A stretch of DNA of 48,093 nucleotides, from the NCBI GenBank assembly GCA_046728035.1, contig JBKPDT010000160.1:1-48093 (forward strand), given 5' to 3'. The position numbers were made by a program, and so were the translations under genes. The stretch's first letter is position 1, and each line of letters begins with the position of its first letter. This document shows positions 17,899 through 26,121 of this stretch, one piece after another. Source of the DNA: Candidatus Methylomirabilota bacterium (lineage in GTDB: Bacteria > Methylomirabilota > Methylomirabilia > Rokubacteriales > CSP1-6). The notes below the pieces were generated by a model, which saw only the letters and a program-made list of their open reading frames with translations, was not told where the DNA came from and made no database searches.

Positions 17899-19137
17899 CT
17901 ACGGGCTGATCGGAAGGGGGCCGGTAGGCCGCTCGACGGCGCCCGCCGTCGGCGGGACGCGACGCGGCGCCCCACTCAGGTCCTCGATGGGCATCCACGG
18001 CTCGACCGCGGAGACCCCGGCCTGCGGCAAGGGGCTCCCCGGCCCCGGCGAGAAGTCGTAGGCGAAGGGATTCTCGAAGCAGACCACGACGCCGCAGTCC
18101 ACGTTGCCCGCCAGGCGCAGGTACCCCTGGGCCGGGGGGAACGGCGCGACGCCGATGGGGGCGTGGGCGGCGTTGTTCACCACGACGCCGTCGAGGGGGC
18201 CGCGCTCGGGCGCCACGATGCCTCCGCCGGCGTTTCCGTAGGCGGTGTTGTGGACGACGATGATCCCGCGGAGCAGTCCGCGCTTGGCGTAGTCCTCGAG
18301 GGCGATACCCGCCTCGCGATTGCCGACGACCACGTTGTTGCGCACGATCACCGGCCCACCGCCAATGACGATGCCGGACGAGCGCTGCGACCCCACCACG
18401 ACGTTGCGCTCGACCACCGAGACGCGGTCGGGCATCCGGGCGCCGTAAACCATGATGCCGGGGCCCTTGGTGTCCACGATCACGTTGTCACGGATGACGC
18501 CCACCGAGTTGAGCTTGACCTGTAGCCCGTAGCCGATCTCGGGGGCGGGCGCGCGGATCCCGCGGATGTGATTGCCCTCCACCAGGAGGTCCGTGACCTC
18601 ACACGTCCGGCCCTCGTGACACCCGAAGTACATGCCCGTCGCCTCCGAGGCGACGATGGTGTTCCGTCGGACGGTGAGTCCCCGGATCGACACGTGCGTC
18701 GCCGCGACGGCGATGCCGCCCAGCCCCTCGAACCGACAGTCCTCGATCGTGATGCCCGCCCGCGAGTGGATCCGGAACCCGTCCACCGCCCGCTGGGTCG
18801 GGCCCAGGTCGAGCCCGCGGAAGGTCACATGGTCGGCGCGCACCGAGAAGACATTGTTGTCCCGCTCGCCATAGACGATGCGCGGCCGGATCTCGGGGAT
18901 CTTCGCGCGAACGACCGACGGCGCCCCCGGCCGCCCCCCGTAATGGACGGTACAGCCCCCCCGATACTCTCCCGGTCGGAGCAGCAGCTCGGCGCCGGGG
19001 GGAAGGGCGTTGATCTCGACGCAGAGGTCCGCCTCGGGCCCGATCTCGTGCGGCTCGGCGGGCGGCTGAGCGTGCGCCGCGGATGCCGCCAGGACGAGTC
19101 CCGTCATCGCCAGCCACGCCAGCCGCGAGGGCGTCAT
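17899..19137 (-). CDS. Secreted right-handed parallel beta-helix repeat protein (pectin-lyase fold; possible glycan lyase, hydrolase or epimerase)
   Basis: Has the signal peptide 'MTPSRLAWLAMTGLVLAASAAHAQP'. Has stacked PbH1-like repeats 'VEGNHIRG', 'IRDNVIVDT', 'VERNVVVGS', 'VRNNVVVGN', 'VHNTAYGN'. The ATG overlaps the stop of the upstream gene (ATGA, 19134-19137). Confidence 0.65.
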   Translation of the reverse strand: MTPSRLAWLAMTGLVLAASAAHAQPPAEPHEIGPEADLCVEINALPPGAELLLRPGEYRGGCTVHYGGRPGAPSVVRAKIPEIRPRIVYGERDNNVFSVRADHVTFRGLDLGPTQRAVDGFRIHSRAGITIEDCRFEGLGGIAVAATHVSIRGLTVRRNTIVASEATGMYFGCHEGRTCEVTDLLVEGNHIRGIRAPAPEIGYGLQVKLNSVGVIRDNVIVDTKGPGIMVYGARMPDRVSVVERNVVVGSQRSSGIVIGGGPVIVRNNVVVGNREAGIALEDYAKRGLLRGIIVVHNTAYGNAGGGIVAPERGPLDGVVVNNAAHAPIGVAPFPPAQGYLRLAGNVDCGVVVCFENPFAYDFSPGPGSPLPQAGVSAVEPWMPIEDLSGAPRRVPPTAGAVERPTGPLPISP

Positions 19138-21056
19138 TCGGCTCGCCCGGTCACCGCGTGCGGTCGCGCGACCAGGTCGCCGAGCCGGACGATGGCCGTC
19201 TCGTAAGCCCCTGTCATCCTGGCTCCCTCGTCCGCGGTGAAGGGCGCCAGGACGGCGTCGTGGGCGGCGCGCGCGTCTCCCTCTCGCCTCACGCCGACCT
19301 TGACCCGGCGGAGCTCATCCGTCTGGAATGCCTCGATGATCGATCGCATCCCCCGATGTCCGCCGTCGCTGCCGCGCATCCGCGTGCGCACCGTCCCCAA
19401 GGGCAAGTCGAGATCGTCGTAGACGACAATGCATTGCGCGTGATCGAAGCCCAGGCGTCTGGCGAGTCGCGAAAGAACGGGGCCGGAGTGATTCACGAAG
19501 GTCATGGGCTTGACGAGGCATACCACCTCACCCTTCCACACCGTCCGCGCCACCTGGGCGTCGGCCGACTGGTCCCATGTCGCGCCGAGGCCGGCGGCGA
19601 GGCGGTCCAGGATCGCGTGACCGACATTGTGTGGAGTCCCCTGGTAGTTCTCACCCGGATTGCCGAGGCCCACGACCACGTGCGCCGGCGCCGACTCCCG
19701 GCTCCCTTCCACCACCACCGGCTCGACGGGCTCGCGAGCCGGCGTTGCCGAAGAGCTCCCATCGGAGGGAATCGTGAGGAGGGAACACGAATCGCAAAAT
19801 CGGTTCCTTCCGCAGTTCGACTGCCAGCATGCCACTCCGCGCGTCCGATCGAGAATGATCCGATAGAGATGATCGGCGATGTTCGAGCCCTTGAGCAGGA
19901 CGAGATCGCCGGGGCGCAAAAACCCTTTGAAGAAGTCGGAGGCGGCCTTGACGGTGCCGATAGCTCGAATGCGCTCGTCCCCCGCGTGCGTCTTGGCACG
20001 CAACGCCGCAGAGGCGCGCGGGCCTACGAAACAGACCAGGTCCGCGGACAGGAGCGCTCGTCGCGCCATGGCGACGTAGATGGCCCCAGCGTCTCCCATC
20101 GTGTCGGCAATGGTGCCGATGACCACCACCTTGCGTGGCGCCTCCGCCTCCCGCATGAAATCGAGTGCCGGCGGGATGGTGTGGACCGAGGCCTTCCAGT
20201 CGTCGCGGATGAAGGTCACGCCATCGGGCAGGGTGACCGGGCTCATGCGACCCGGATAGGGAGGAACCTCGCTCAGGGCCCGCGCGGCGGCATCGAGAGG
20301 AACGCCAAGCGCGAGGCCGACCGCCACGGCGGCGAGCGCCGAAGGCACCCAGTGGCTCCCACAAAGCTGGGTCTGAACGGGGACGCGCTGCTCCTCATGA
20401 GCCAGCGTGAAGGCGAGCCGCCCGGGCCAGGCCGCGGAGATCGACTCGGCGCGGACGTCCGCGTGCGCTTGTACCCCGAAGGTCAGGACGCGACCGCGGA
20501 AGTCCTTCCCCATCGCGAGGACGCGGGAGTCGTCGGCATTGAGGACGGCGACGCCGTCGGAGGGCAACGCGTCGATGAGCTTCCGCTTCTCGGCGGCGAT
20601 ACCCTCGGTCGAGCCATATGCGCTGTAGTGATCGGTCCCGATGTTCGTGACGACGCCGATTTTCGGCCGAAGGAGGGCGAGCGGTCGATCCATGGTCCCC
20701 GGAGCGGGAGCGCCCACCTCCACTACCGCGAACCGATCTCCCTTTCGCACCGTGCAGATCGTGCGCGCGATGTCGGGCAGCTCGTTGGCGGCGCCGCTCT
20801 TGCGCCCGGGCATCCGCGCGGAAAGGACCTGGGCGACGAAATTCTTGGTGCTGGTCTTGCCCGCGCTGCCGGTGACGCCGATGAAGACGACCGATGAGTA
20901 TCTTGACCGGTGACGACCCGCCCAGCGGACGAGGAATCGCATCCACGCCGGTTGGACGAGCCGCGTGTGGATCGCTTCGAGAGGCCATCGCGGATCCGCC
21001 CGGCGGAACGCCTGAGTGAGCCACGCACGGCCGCGATCGACCCCGAAGCGCATCAC
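19134..21056 (-). CDS. Fusion protein: MurF-like Mur-ligase domain + Cys-rich linker + peptidyl-tRNA hydrolase (Pth) domain
   Basis: A single 640-aa ORF with no internal stop. Mur ligase part: 'VVFIGVTGSAGKTSTKNF', 'VVTNIGTDHYSAYGS', 'LLKGSN'. Linker: 'CWQSNCGRNRFCDSC'. Pth part: 'VVVGLGNPGENYQGTPHNVGH', 'TFVNHSG', 'VVYDDLDLPLG', 'GSDGGHRGMRS'. Confidence 0.7.
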   Translation of the reverse strand: MMRFGVDRGRAWLTQAFRRADPRWPLEAIHTRLVQPAWMRFLVRWAGRHRSRYSSVVFIGVTGSAGKTSTKNFVAQVLSARMPGRKSGAANELPDIARTICTVRKGDRFAVVEVGAPAPGTMDRPLALLRPKIGVVTNIGTDHYSAYGSTEGIAAEKRKLIDALPSDGVAVLNADDSRVLAMGKDFRGRVLTFGVQAHADVRAESISAAWPGRLAFTLAHEEQRVPVQTQLCGSHWVPSALAAVAVGLALGVPLDAAARALSEVPPYPGRMSPVTLPDGVTFIRDDWKASVHTIPPALDFMREAEAPRKVVVIGTIADTMGDAGAIYVAMARRALLSADLVCFVGPRASAALRAKTHAGDERIRAIGTVKAASDFFKGFLRPGDLVLLKGSNIADHLYRIILDRTRGVACWQSNCGRNRFCDSCSLLTIPSDGSSSATPAREPVEPVVVEGSRESAPAHVVVGLGNPGENYQGTPHNVGHAILDRLAAGLGATWDQSADAQVARTVWKGEVVCLVKPMTFVNHSGPVLSRLARRLGFDHAQCIVVYDDLDLPLGTVRTRMRGSDGGHRGMRSIIEAFQTDELRRVKVGVRREGDARAAHDAVLAPFTADEGARMTGAYETAIVRLGDLVARPHAVTGRAE

Positions 21057-21165
21057 GCTTTCATTCTAGGATGGGACCGCTTGCGGAGTCGAGCGAGACC
21101 GTGAAGCGACGATCCGAAGGACCGCCCCTTGTACGGCGGCGCAGGATCTGCGCGGCCGAGGCGTC

Positions 21166-21864
21166 CTAGGCGCTTCCGCTGGCGGCGTGTTCCACGATTT
21201 GCGCATACAAGGCGAACTCGACCTTGGACGCCTGCACGATCGCCTCGTAGTCGTCCTCGCGGCGTACATACGAATTGATGAGGTCCCGCACTTCATTCAT
21301 GTGACCCTGGTCGGCGGCGCCGTGCCTGGCGAGGTAGGTCACCGCCGAGTCCGGGACGCCGAGCATGCCCTTGATGTTTCCCGCCAGCTGGGTCGCGAAG
21401 AGCTGGCTCAACCCTTCGATGACGTATGTGTCCCCGAGTATCCCCATCGGGTTCTCGTGGCCAGCAGTGTAATACATGTACGCGACCAGACAGTCGCAGG
21501 GGACCGACGGTTTGGAGGTTTCGAGGCGCGAAATATCGTACTTCATCGCCTTCAAGTCATCCGCGATCCAGCGGTGGTGACCGTACTCCTCGACGGCGTG
21601 TTCGAGAAGCCACTGACGGATTTCCTCGTCACGAGTACTCACCCGCGTCGCGGCGAGCGCGTACACCTTCGAGCCTTCGCGCACATGGTAGTAAGAGTCG
21701 ACGAGAAACCTCGTGTAGATGCGTCCGATCTCCGCGGCGTCGCCGGCACTGGGCGGTGCGCTGTCACCAGGATCCGTCACCAGTAGGTTGACAAGGGGGA
21801 TCGCCATGAATCGATCCCGCTCGACCTTCGTGGCGCTCTGAAGCCGCTCGTACGTTGTCGCCAT
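21166..21864 (-). CDS. Heme-oxygenase-like di-iron (iron-containing redox enzyme / HDO family) protein
   Basis: ATG 21864 has a GGAGG RBS 8 nt upstream, so the GTG at 21879 is less likely. Helical protein with candidate metal ligands 'DSYYHVREG', 'AVEEYGHHRW' (ExxH), 'YVIEGLSQ' and 'AADQGHMNE' (DxxH). Its GC content is visibly lower than in neighbouring genes. Confidence 0.65.
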   Translation of the reverse strand: MATTYERLQSATKVERDRFMAIPLVNLLVTDPGDSAPPSAGDAAEIGRIYTRFLVDSYYHVREGSKVYALAATRVSTRDEEIRQWLLEHAVEEYGHHRWIADDLKAMKYDISRLETSKPSVPCDCLVAYMYYTAGHENPMGILGDTYVIEGLSQLFATQLAGNIKGMLGVPDSAVTYLARHGAADQGHMNEVRDLINSYVRREDDYEAIVQASKVEFALYAQIVEHAASGSA

Positions 21865-22296
21865 ACCGATGACCTCCACCGTTGAGGTTGATACTGACCG
21901 TGGAATTCGAACGGCGCGACCGACACGCGATCGAGCGTCATCCGTACCCCGGATCGGCCCTCCACCGGTCGGCGCGACGCTCGAGCCACGCCAGGACGGC
22001 AGCGGCTCCGCGTCGTAGGCTGCCGCTGATCACTCGGACCTTCATCAGTGGCCTCTGCCAATATAGCAGGCCCAGTGAGCACAACCCAAAGCCAATTTTC
22101 TGTGTAACCACGCGTCAATGCTGAAACAGTAATGGAGTCAAGAGTTCGACATGCAGGTAAATTGGGCGTCACGCCTGTCCGGGCAACATCTAGGGAGATC
22201 GTGCAACCCCGCGGCCGAATTGTGAGGATCGCTCTTGCGCGCGTGGCCGTCGCGGAGCGAGAATGGTCCACTTCTCGAACGCATGGAGGCGATCAA

Positions 22297-23316
22297 ATGG
22301 CCCGAATCGTCGCGAGTGTGTTCCTGGTCATGGTGTGCCTCGTACCGGGCGTCACGGGGGCACACCCCTTCACGTCGCTGGTCGTCTTCGGCGATAGCTT
22401 GTCAGACTCCGGCCGAGCTTATGCTCTCAGTGAAGGGTTCGAACCCCCGTCACCGCCGTACGCGCAGCGGTTCACCAATGGCCCGGTGGCAGTGGAGTAC
22501 CTGGCCTCGGCGCTCGGCTTGCCGTTGCTCCCGGCCAGCACGCCTGGTGGGACGAACTACGCCGTAGGCGGCGCTACCACCGGCACCAAGAACGTGAGCT
22601 GGGAGACCGACATCCCGCCGGGGATCCAGTCGATCGCCGCGTTCCAGCACACGGGAATCTCGGTTCAGGTCAACGAGTTCCTGAGCAGTGGGCCGTCCGT
22701 CGATCTGGCCAGCGCTCTCTTTTTCGTTTGGGGAGGGCCGAACGACATCGTCCTCGCCCGATTGACGGGTGGCGACATCGCCGCCGCCGCCGCCGCGGCG
22801 GTGACCAACCTCGCGGGAGCGGTCGAAGCGCTCGCACTCGAAGGGGGCCAGCACTTCCTCGTGCCGAACATGGTGGATCTGGGACAGACGCCGGAGTTCA
22901 TCGGCACCGAGCTGCAGGGACCACTGCGTCTGCTCAGTCAGGAGTTCAACGCGGCTCTGGCCGAGGCGCTGGCGCAGCTGGAGACCGGACTGGAGGCGGC
23001 GGGCCTTCCCGTGGACATCACCGTCTTCGACACCTTCGGCATGTTCGATACCGTCCTCAACGATCCTGGGGCCTTCGGATTCACGAACACGACGGAGGGC
23101 TGTGTGGACAACCTCGAGGCCTTTCTCGCCGGCTGTCCCGGATACCTTTTCTTCGACTTCACGCACCCCACGACCGCCGCCCACGAGCTGCTCGGACTGG
23201 GCTTCCGGGCGGTTGTCCCGTCATCCGTCCCGTCACCGCCGGCGGGCCTGCTCCTCGTGATGGGTGCCGGGCTGGTCGCGCTGATCGGCCTTCGCGCTCG
23301 GCGCAGCGGGGTGTGA
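22297..23316 (+). CDS. SGNH/GDSL esterase-lipase with C-terminal PEP-CTERM sorting signal (exosortase substrate)
   Basis: The RBS GGAGG (22285-22289) lies 7 nt before the ATG. Has the signal peptide 'MARIVASVFLVMVCLVPGVTGA', block I 'VVFGDSLSDSG', block III 'VWGGPND' and block V 'FFDFTHPT'. The C-terminus 'VPSPPAGLLLVMGAGLVALIGLRARRSGV' is a VPxP motif plus TM helix plus Arg-rich tail. Confidence 0.8.
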   Translation: MARIVASVFLVMVCLVPGVTGAHPFTSLVVFGDSLSDSGRAYALSEGFEPPSPPYAQRFTNGPVAVEYLASALGLPLLPASTPGGTNYAVGGATTGTKNVSWETDIPPGIQSIAAFQHTGISVQVNEFLSSGPSVDLASALFFVWGGPNDIVLARLTGGDIAAAAAAAVTNLAGAVEALALEGGQHFLVPNMVDLGQTPEFIGTELQGPLRLLSQEFNAALAEALAQLETGLEAAGLPVDITVFDTFGMFDTVLNDPGAFGFTNTTEGCVDNLEAFLAGCPGYLFFDFTHPTTAAHELLGLGFRAVVPSSVPSPPAGLLLVMGAGLVALIGLRARRSGV

Positions 23317-23343
23317 GCGGTCGTCGAGACGGTCGCTTCGGCG

Positions 23344-24138
23344 TCAACCGCGAGATGGAACGAAGAACTGGAAGACGTCCGGCCGGCTCCCCATCACGAA
23401 TTCCTCGAGCTGGCGGATGCTGGCGTAGTACGGGATGACCTCGCCGTAATAGCTCATTGGTTCGCCGACTTGCCGGAGCCCCAGACCGAACTTCGACAGC
23501 ATGCGCTGAAGGCTACTCTCCATGGCCGCGACCCAGTACTCGAGCCCCATGTTCACGCTCTCCACGTACATCTCCTTGAAGAGGCCGAAGAGGATCAGCG
23601 GGTACTGACTCCGGCGGTAGGTCGCCTCGGCGCGCGCCTGGGCGTCCTTTTCCGGGTCTCCGAGCTCCTGGCCGTAGAGGCCGTCATTGGCGCGGCGCCG
23701 GTAGCTCCTGGCGAGGATCAAGCGCGAGATCTCGGCGGTCTTGTCGCGCGGTAGCCGATGATAGTCCGCGGAGAGGGTTCCCGCGTGCTCCTCTAGAGGA
23801 AAGCCCAGACGGGAGTCTCGCACCAGGCGCAGCGTCGCCACCATCTCCTGCCGCTCATTGGTCGCGGCGAAATGGATCGAGTAGGCGTCGTACTGGTCCG
23901 TCTCGCGCTCGTTGGGATAGCGAGCCGCGTCGAGATACTTGCACTCGAGGCAGTACACGGCGTAGCGGAGCTGCTGCACACTGTCCCAGAGGCCATTGGT
24001 CGCCGCCAGTCGCCTGAAGTCGAAATACCGTCGCGGAAGGCCGCTTCCAGGTTCCGCGGATGGCGTGGATCCGCCGCGGATCTGCGGGACGATTCGACTG
24101 CCCGCGGCCTCGGGAGCGCGGTCTCGTATCGTTCCCAT
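23344..24138 (-). CDS. PEP-CTERM/exosortase-associated acyltransferase (FeeM/LuxI-like N-acyl amino acid synthase family)
   Basis: Has 'LRYAVYCLECKYLDAARYPNERETDQYDAYSIHFAA', 'ATLRLVRDS', 'AEISRLIL' and 'YWVAAMESSLQRMLSKFG', the GNAT-like autoinducer-synthase/FeeM pattern. The start lies 1 nt after the HlyD gene stop. Confidence 0.7.
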   Translation of the reverse strand: MGTIRDRAPEAAGSRIVPQIRGGSTPSAEPGSGLPRRYFDFRRLAATNGLWDSVQQLRYAVYCLECKYLDAARYPNERETDQYDAYSIHFAATNERQEMVATLRLVRDSRLGFPLEEHAGTLSADYHRLPRDKTAEISRLILARSYRRRANDGLYGQELGDPEKDAQARAEATYRRSQYPLILFGLFKEMYVESVNMGLEYWVAAMESSLQRMLSKFGLGLRQVGEPMSYYGEVIPYYASIRQLEEFVMGSRPDVFQFFVPSRG

Positions 24139-24139
24139 T

Positions 24140-25450
24140 TCAGCGACCCCGCGTCGACACGACGATACGATCGCCTTCCTTGAGTCCGCTCAGGATCTCC
24201 ACGTTCTCGTCGTCCCGGGAGGCGAGCCGGATGACCCGGGGACCGCCGTTCCTGCCTTCGACGCGGACCGTCGCCTCGCGGGCCCCCATGGGCACCAACC
24301 GCCTGGGCATGACGAGGACCTTTTCCTTGTGCGCGACGAGGATGCGCACGTCCACCGTCATGCCTAGCTTCAGCTCGTCCGCGCCCTCGGTCACCTCGAT
24401 CTTGGTCTCCAGGACCTTCATGTCCTGGATCTTGGCAGGGTCTTCGGGATGGACCTTGCGCTTCCCCACCGCTTGACCGATCTCGTAGATCTTGCCGGGG
24501 AAGACCCGCCCTGGATAGGCGTCGGCGGTGACCTCGGCCTTCTGGCCGACCGCGAGCTTGCCGACGTCCGTCTCGTCCACCTCGGCCTTCACGATGATTT
24601 TCTGGAGATCGCCCAGGACCATGAGGGGCATGCTGACGTCCACCGCCTCGCCCGGCTCCACCAGCTTCCGGGTGACCTTGCCGTCGAGTGTCGCCTCGAC
24701 CACGGTGGAGCCCAGCGCCGCCCGCGCCATATCGAGCTGGGCCCGAGCCTGCTGGACATGGCTTTCCGCGCCGCGCAGCTCGGCCTCGGCCTCTTGCACC
24801 TGAGCCCAGGCCGCCGCCACCGTCTCCGCCTTGGCGCCGGCGAGGAGCAGATTCAAGGCTTCCTGAGAGGCCCTGACCCGGGCGCGCCACACTTCGGAAT
24901 TGCTCTCCTCGGCGTCGTACTGGGCCCGGGCGATGTACCCGCCGTCGAGCAGGCGCTTCATGCGGTTCCGTTCCACTTCCGAGAAGTGCTGCTTTTGCCG
25001 CGCCTCCGCCAGCTCGGCGCGTGCGCGCTCGATCTCCTCCGGGCGCGCGCCGCTCCTGGTCTCCGCCCACCGGGCGCGGACACTCTCGAGCGCGCGAGCG
25101 GCCCGGCGCACGTCCGCCAGCGCGGTGCGGACGCGGGCCTCGGACATCCGTACGCCGGCGGCGGGCTCGGCGTCGTCGAAGCGGATGACGACCTGGCCGC
25201 GCTCGACGAGGTCGCCCTCCTTGACGAGGACCTCGCGGATCCGGCCGGGAATCTTGTTGGCGAGGGTCACCTCGGTGAAGGGCTCGATCCGCCCGATGGC
25301 CGCCACCGTCTGGCGGATATTGCCCACCCGGATCACCGCCGAGATGTCGCCCCGGCCGCGCCGCCATTCGCTGTAGCCGAAGGCCACCGCGCCCAGCGCC
25401 ACCGCCAGGAGCACCGCCACGAGGACGACGCGCTTGACGATGGGCATCAC
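24140..25450 (-). CDS. HlyD/MacA-family periplasmic adaptor (membrane fusion protein)
   Basis: Has the N-terminal anchor 'VKRVVLVAVLLAVALGAVAF', a lipoyl-like 'GRIREVLVKEGDLVERGQVV', a long coiled coil, and a beta-barrel 'GMTVDVRILV'. GTG 25450 (GTGA overlap) or ATG 25447 is the start. Confidence 0.8.
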   Translation of the reverse strand: MMPIVKRVVLVAVLLAVALGAVAFGYSEWRRGRGDISAVIRVGNIRQTVAAIGRIEPFTEVTLANKIPGRIREVLVKEGDLVERGQVVIRFDDAEPAAGVRMSEARVRTALADVRRAARALESVRARWAETRSGARPEEIERARAELAEARQKQHFSEVERNRMKRLLDGGYIARAQYDAEESNSEVWRARVRASQEALNLLLAGAKAETVAAAWAQVQEAEAELRGAESHVQQARAQLDMARAALGSTVVEATLDGKVTRKLVEPGEAVDVSMPLMVLGDLQKIIVKAEVDETDVGKLAVGQKAEVTADAYPGRVFPGKIYEIGQAVGKRKVHPEDPAKIQDMKVLETKIEVTEGADELKLGMTVDVRILVAHKEKVLVMPRRLVPMGAREATVRVEGRNGGPRVIRLASRDDENVEILSGLKEGDRIVVSTRGR

Positions 25451-26121
25451 GCCACCAACCGCCCGTCCTCGATGCGGACGCTCCGGTCGATATAAGGCAT
25501 GACGCGATGATCGTGAGTCACGATAATCACGGTGCGGCCATCCGAGCGCGTCACGGCATGGAGGAGCTTCATCACCTGTTCTCCATTCTTCGCGTCCAGG
25601 TTGGCGGTGGGCTCGTCGGCGAGGATGAGGGGCGGATCGCCGGCGAGGGCGCGCGCGATCGACACCCGCTGGCGTTCGCCCCCCGACATGTCGCGGGGCA
25701 GAAAGTCGGCGCGCTGGCTCAGCCCCACGAGGTCGAGCAGACGCCGCGCCTCGCTATGCCGCGTCCGGCGCTCGATGCCCTTCAACTGGAGGACCACCTC
25801 GACATTCTCGGCGGCGGAGAGCGCGGCGAAGAGATTGAAGCTCTGGAAGATGAAGCCCACGTACCGGCGGCGCACCCAGGGCAGCTGCGTTTCATCGAGG
25901 TCGGACACGCGTTCCCCATGCATGGTGATGCTGCCGGAGGTTGGGCGGAGTATGCATCCCAGCATGGACAGGAGGGTGGTCTTGCCGCTCCCCGAGGGCC
26001 CGAGGATGGCGACCACCTCGCCGGCGCGCGCGGTGAGCGTCACGTCCTGCACGGCGGCCACCTGGAACGCCCCTTCCTGGTAGACCTTGGTTAGCTGCCC
26101 CGCCTCGAGCGCGGTGCTCAC
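25447..26121 (-). CDS. ABC transporter ATP-binding protein (MacB/LolD-like)
   Basis: GTG 26121 overlaps the permease stop (GTGA). Has Walker A 'GPSGSGKTT', Q-loop 'FIFQSFNL', signature 'MSGGERQRVSIARAL', Walker B 'LILADEPT' and H-loop 'VTHD'. Confidence 0.9.
   Translation of the reverse strand: MSTALEAGQLTKVYQEGAFQVAAVQDVTLTARAGEVVAILGPSGSGKTTLLSMLGCILRPTSGSITMHGERVSDLDETQLPWVRRRYVGFIFQSFNLFAALSAAENVEVVLQLKGIERRTRHSEARRLLDLVGLSQRADFLPRDMSGGERQRVSIARALAGDPPLILADEPTANLDAKNGEQVMKLLHAVTRSDGRTVIIVTHDHRVMPYIDRSVRIEDGRLVA

Noticed and set aside
419-17975. Series of long minus-strand ORFs opposite the plus-strand array (419-1282, 1683-2423, 3993-4520, 4949-6064, 5820-7151, 6866-8275, 8332-9480, 9735-10961, 10910-11842, 11530-12786, 12741-14309, 14807-15727, 15866-16537, 16464-17975)
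   Set aside because: Each lies antisense to a gene with strong family motifs and tight translational coupling. All have Arg/Gly/Pro/Glu-skewed composition, as expected when GC-rich third positions suppress stops in the opposite frame.
19083-20897. 604-aa plus-strand ORF
   Set aside because: It is antisense to the Mur-ligase::Pth gene. It has no motifs and is Arg/Gly/Asp-rich.
22225-22237. Sigma-54-like GGATCGCTCTTGC upstream of the PEP-CTERM esterase gene
   Set aside because: It has a good TTGC -12 element, but the GG-to-GC spacing is one nucleotide short of the invariant -24/-12 geometry. The weaker but correctly spaced 22244-22259 candidate is reported instead.
23793-25367. 524-aa minus-strand ORF overlapping the HlyD and acyltransferase genes in another frame; also 24449-25495 (+), 36388-37950 (+), 37301-38641 (+), 39154-40332 (+), 45251-46642 (+) and 45489-46739 (-)
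   Set aside because: These are alternate-frame or antisense ORFs with Arg/Gly/Pro-rich low-complexity translations. The overlapped frames encode recognisable proteins.
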